A stretch of 64,000 nt of DNA from Clarias gariepinus (lineage: Eukaryota), in contig NC_071110.1 in assembly GCF_024256425.1 (NCBI RefSeq), positions 2,188,274 through 2,252,273 of the forward strand, read 5' to 3'. Below, piece after piece: positions 63,040 to 64,000 of the stretch (within the stretch, counting starts at the first letter, position 1; each line of letters begins with the position of its first letter). Below the pieces are notes generated by a model, which did no database searches, was not told the DNA's origin, and worked only from the letters and a program-made list of their open reading frames with translations. Both the position numbers and the translations under genes were made by a program.

Positions 63040-64000
63040 GTATCACGCATGCACTTCTTGTTTTGATGCCAAGCATCGTGTGATTACAACTAAGCCAATG
63101 GTTTTTCTCTCTCTTGCACTGCCGAATGGTGAGTAATCGTCTCCCCTGCTGGATCTTAGTGCTCGTCTCTTACTGGTATAATCAACATAACACTGTGACC
63201 ACGTGTATGTGTAAAACGGACCACTTGGTGGCCGCGTTACAGGACGCACTCGATGACAGCTCAGATGATGACGTCAGTGTGTTTACGAAACCAGTTGTGG
63301 GATTCATTGGGAAACTAGCGGAGGATACCGTGCGGAAAACGACTATCAGAACGTTTTCCAACCAGAGGCTGTGGGTGGATAAAACCATTTGCGACGCTCT
63401 GAGATCTCTCAACGCTGCCTACAATGTGGGACTTGCTTTGGGGGACATGGAACTGTACAAGGCTGCGTCATACAATGTCTGGAAGGCGGCGAAAGAGGCA
63501 AAGCAGCGCTACGGAAGGAAACTAGAGTCACAACTCCAACAGAGTGACTCTAGGAGCCTGTGGCAGGGACTGAGAACAATAACAGAATACAAAGCACCAA
63601 CATCTGGTATGACGAACGCGGAGGTGACTCTGGAAGACGAGCTGAACACTTTCTACGCTCACATCAAGGCTTCAGCTAAAGACGCTAGCAATGCTAATGC
63701 TAGCGGTGGTAATGGCTACAGACAGGAAGACACTTCCAGCACCGGAAACGTGTTCATCATCACCGAGCATGACGTGAGGAGAGCCTTCAAGAGAGTGAAC
63801 AACAGGAAAGCAGCAGGACCAGACGTCATCTTAGGCCGTATCCTCAGAGCCAGCGCAGACCAGCTAGCACCTGTGTTCACATCAGATATTTAACATCTCT
63901 CTATCTCAGTCTGTAATACCCACATGCTTCAAAGAGTCTGTCCCGAAGAAACCTCATCCTGCTTCTCTCAATGACTATTGCCCAGTAGGCCTCAACTCAG
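63040..64000 (+). mobile_element. Rex/CR1-like LINE (same family as 27342..29450): 5' region plus start of RT, continuing past the window end
   Basis: ORF 63114..63893 reads ...LWQGLRTITEYKAPTSGMTNAEVTLEDELNTFYAHIKA...FIITEHDVRRAFKRVNNRKAAGPDVILGRILRASADQLAPVFT. The matching N-terminal region in 27268..27624 reads TSGMTNADATLADELNTFYARFE; the LAPVFT segment has no intact counterpart there. The 5' leader tgctcgtctcttactggtataatcaacataacactgtgaccacgtgt also occurs as fragments at 33725-33845 and 34688-34830. Confidence 0.75.

Overview
This is a vertebrate window, not a prokaryotic one. It is AT-rich overall and dense in microsatellites ((TG)n, (CT)n, (ATT)n). Its transposon content is typical of teleost fish: L2-type and Rex/CR1-like LINEs, tRNA-derived SINEs that share the L2 LINE tail, Tc1-like and hAT (Tol2-like) DNA transposons, and Gypsy and other LTR elements. 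That content is the basis for calling it teleost.

There are no operons, rRNA genes or CRISPR arrays. The one host gene I can support is on the + strand from about 32.8 kb to past 43.0 kb. It is a multi-exon gene whose N-terminal exons encode a DUF4062 domain of the NWD1/NWD2 family (NACHT and WD-repeat STAND NTPases). Its introns hold nested transposon insertions. A second possible small gene of 2-3 short exons lies at 25.8-26.5 kb and is weakly supported.

Most of the window is mobile-element sequence. Several elements can be resolved to the base pair. The main ones are:
- an 8.46-kb non-autonomous LTR element with near-identical 1.95-kb LTRs, a polypurine tract and a 5-bp target-site duplication, plus a diverged solo LTR of the same family;
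- a compact 2.0-kb LTR element with TG..CA termini, a 5-bp duplication and ORFs I do not recognise;
- an inverted-repeat element with roughly 0.75-0.85 kb arms carrying TGACGTCA palindromes;
- a Tol2-like and a second hAT MITE, each with an 8-bp duplication;
- a poly(A)-tailed retroposed insert with a 14-bp duplication inside a Tc1 transposase;
- a head-to-head pair of L2 LINEs;
- a Gypsy element interrupted by a SINE.
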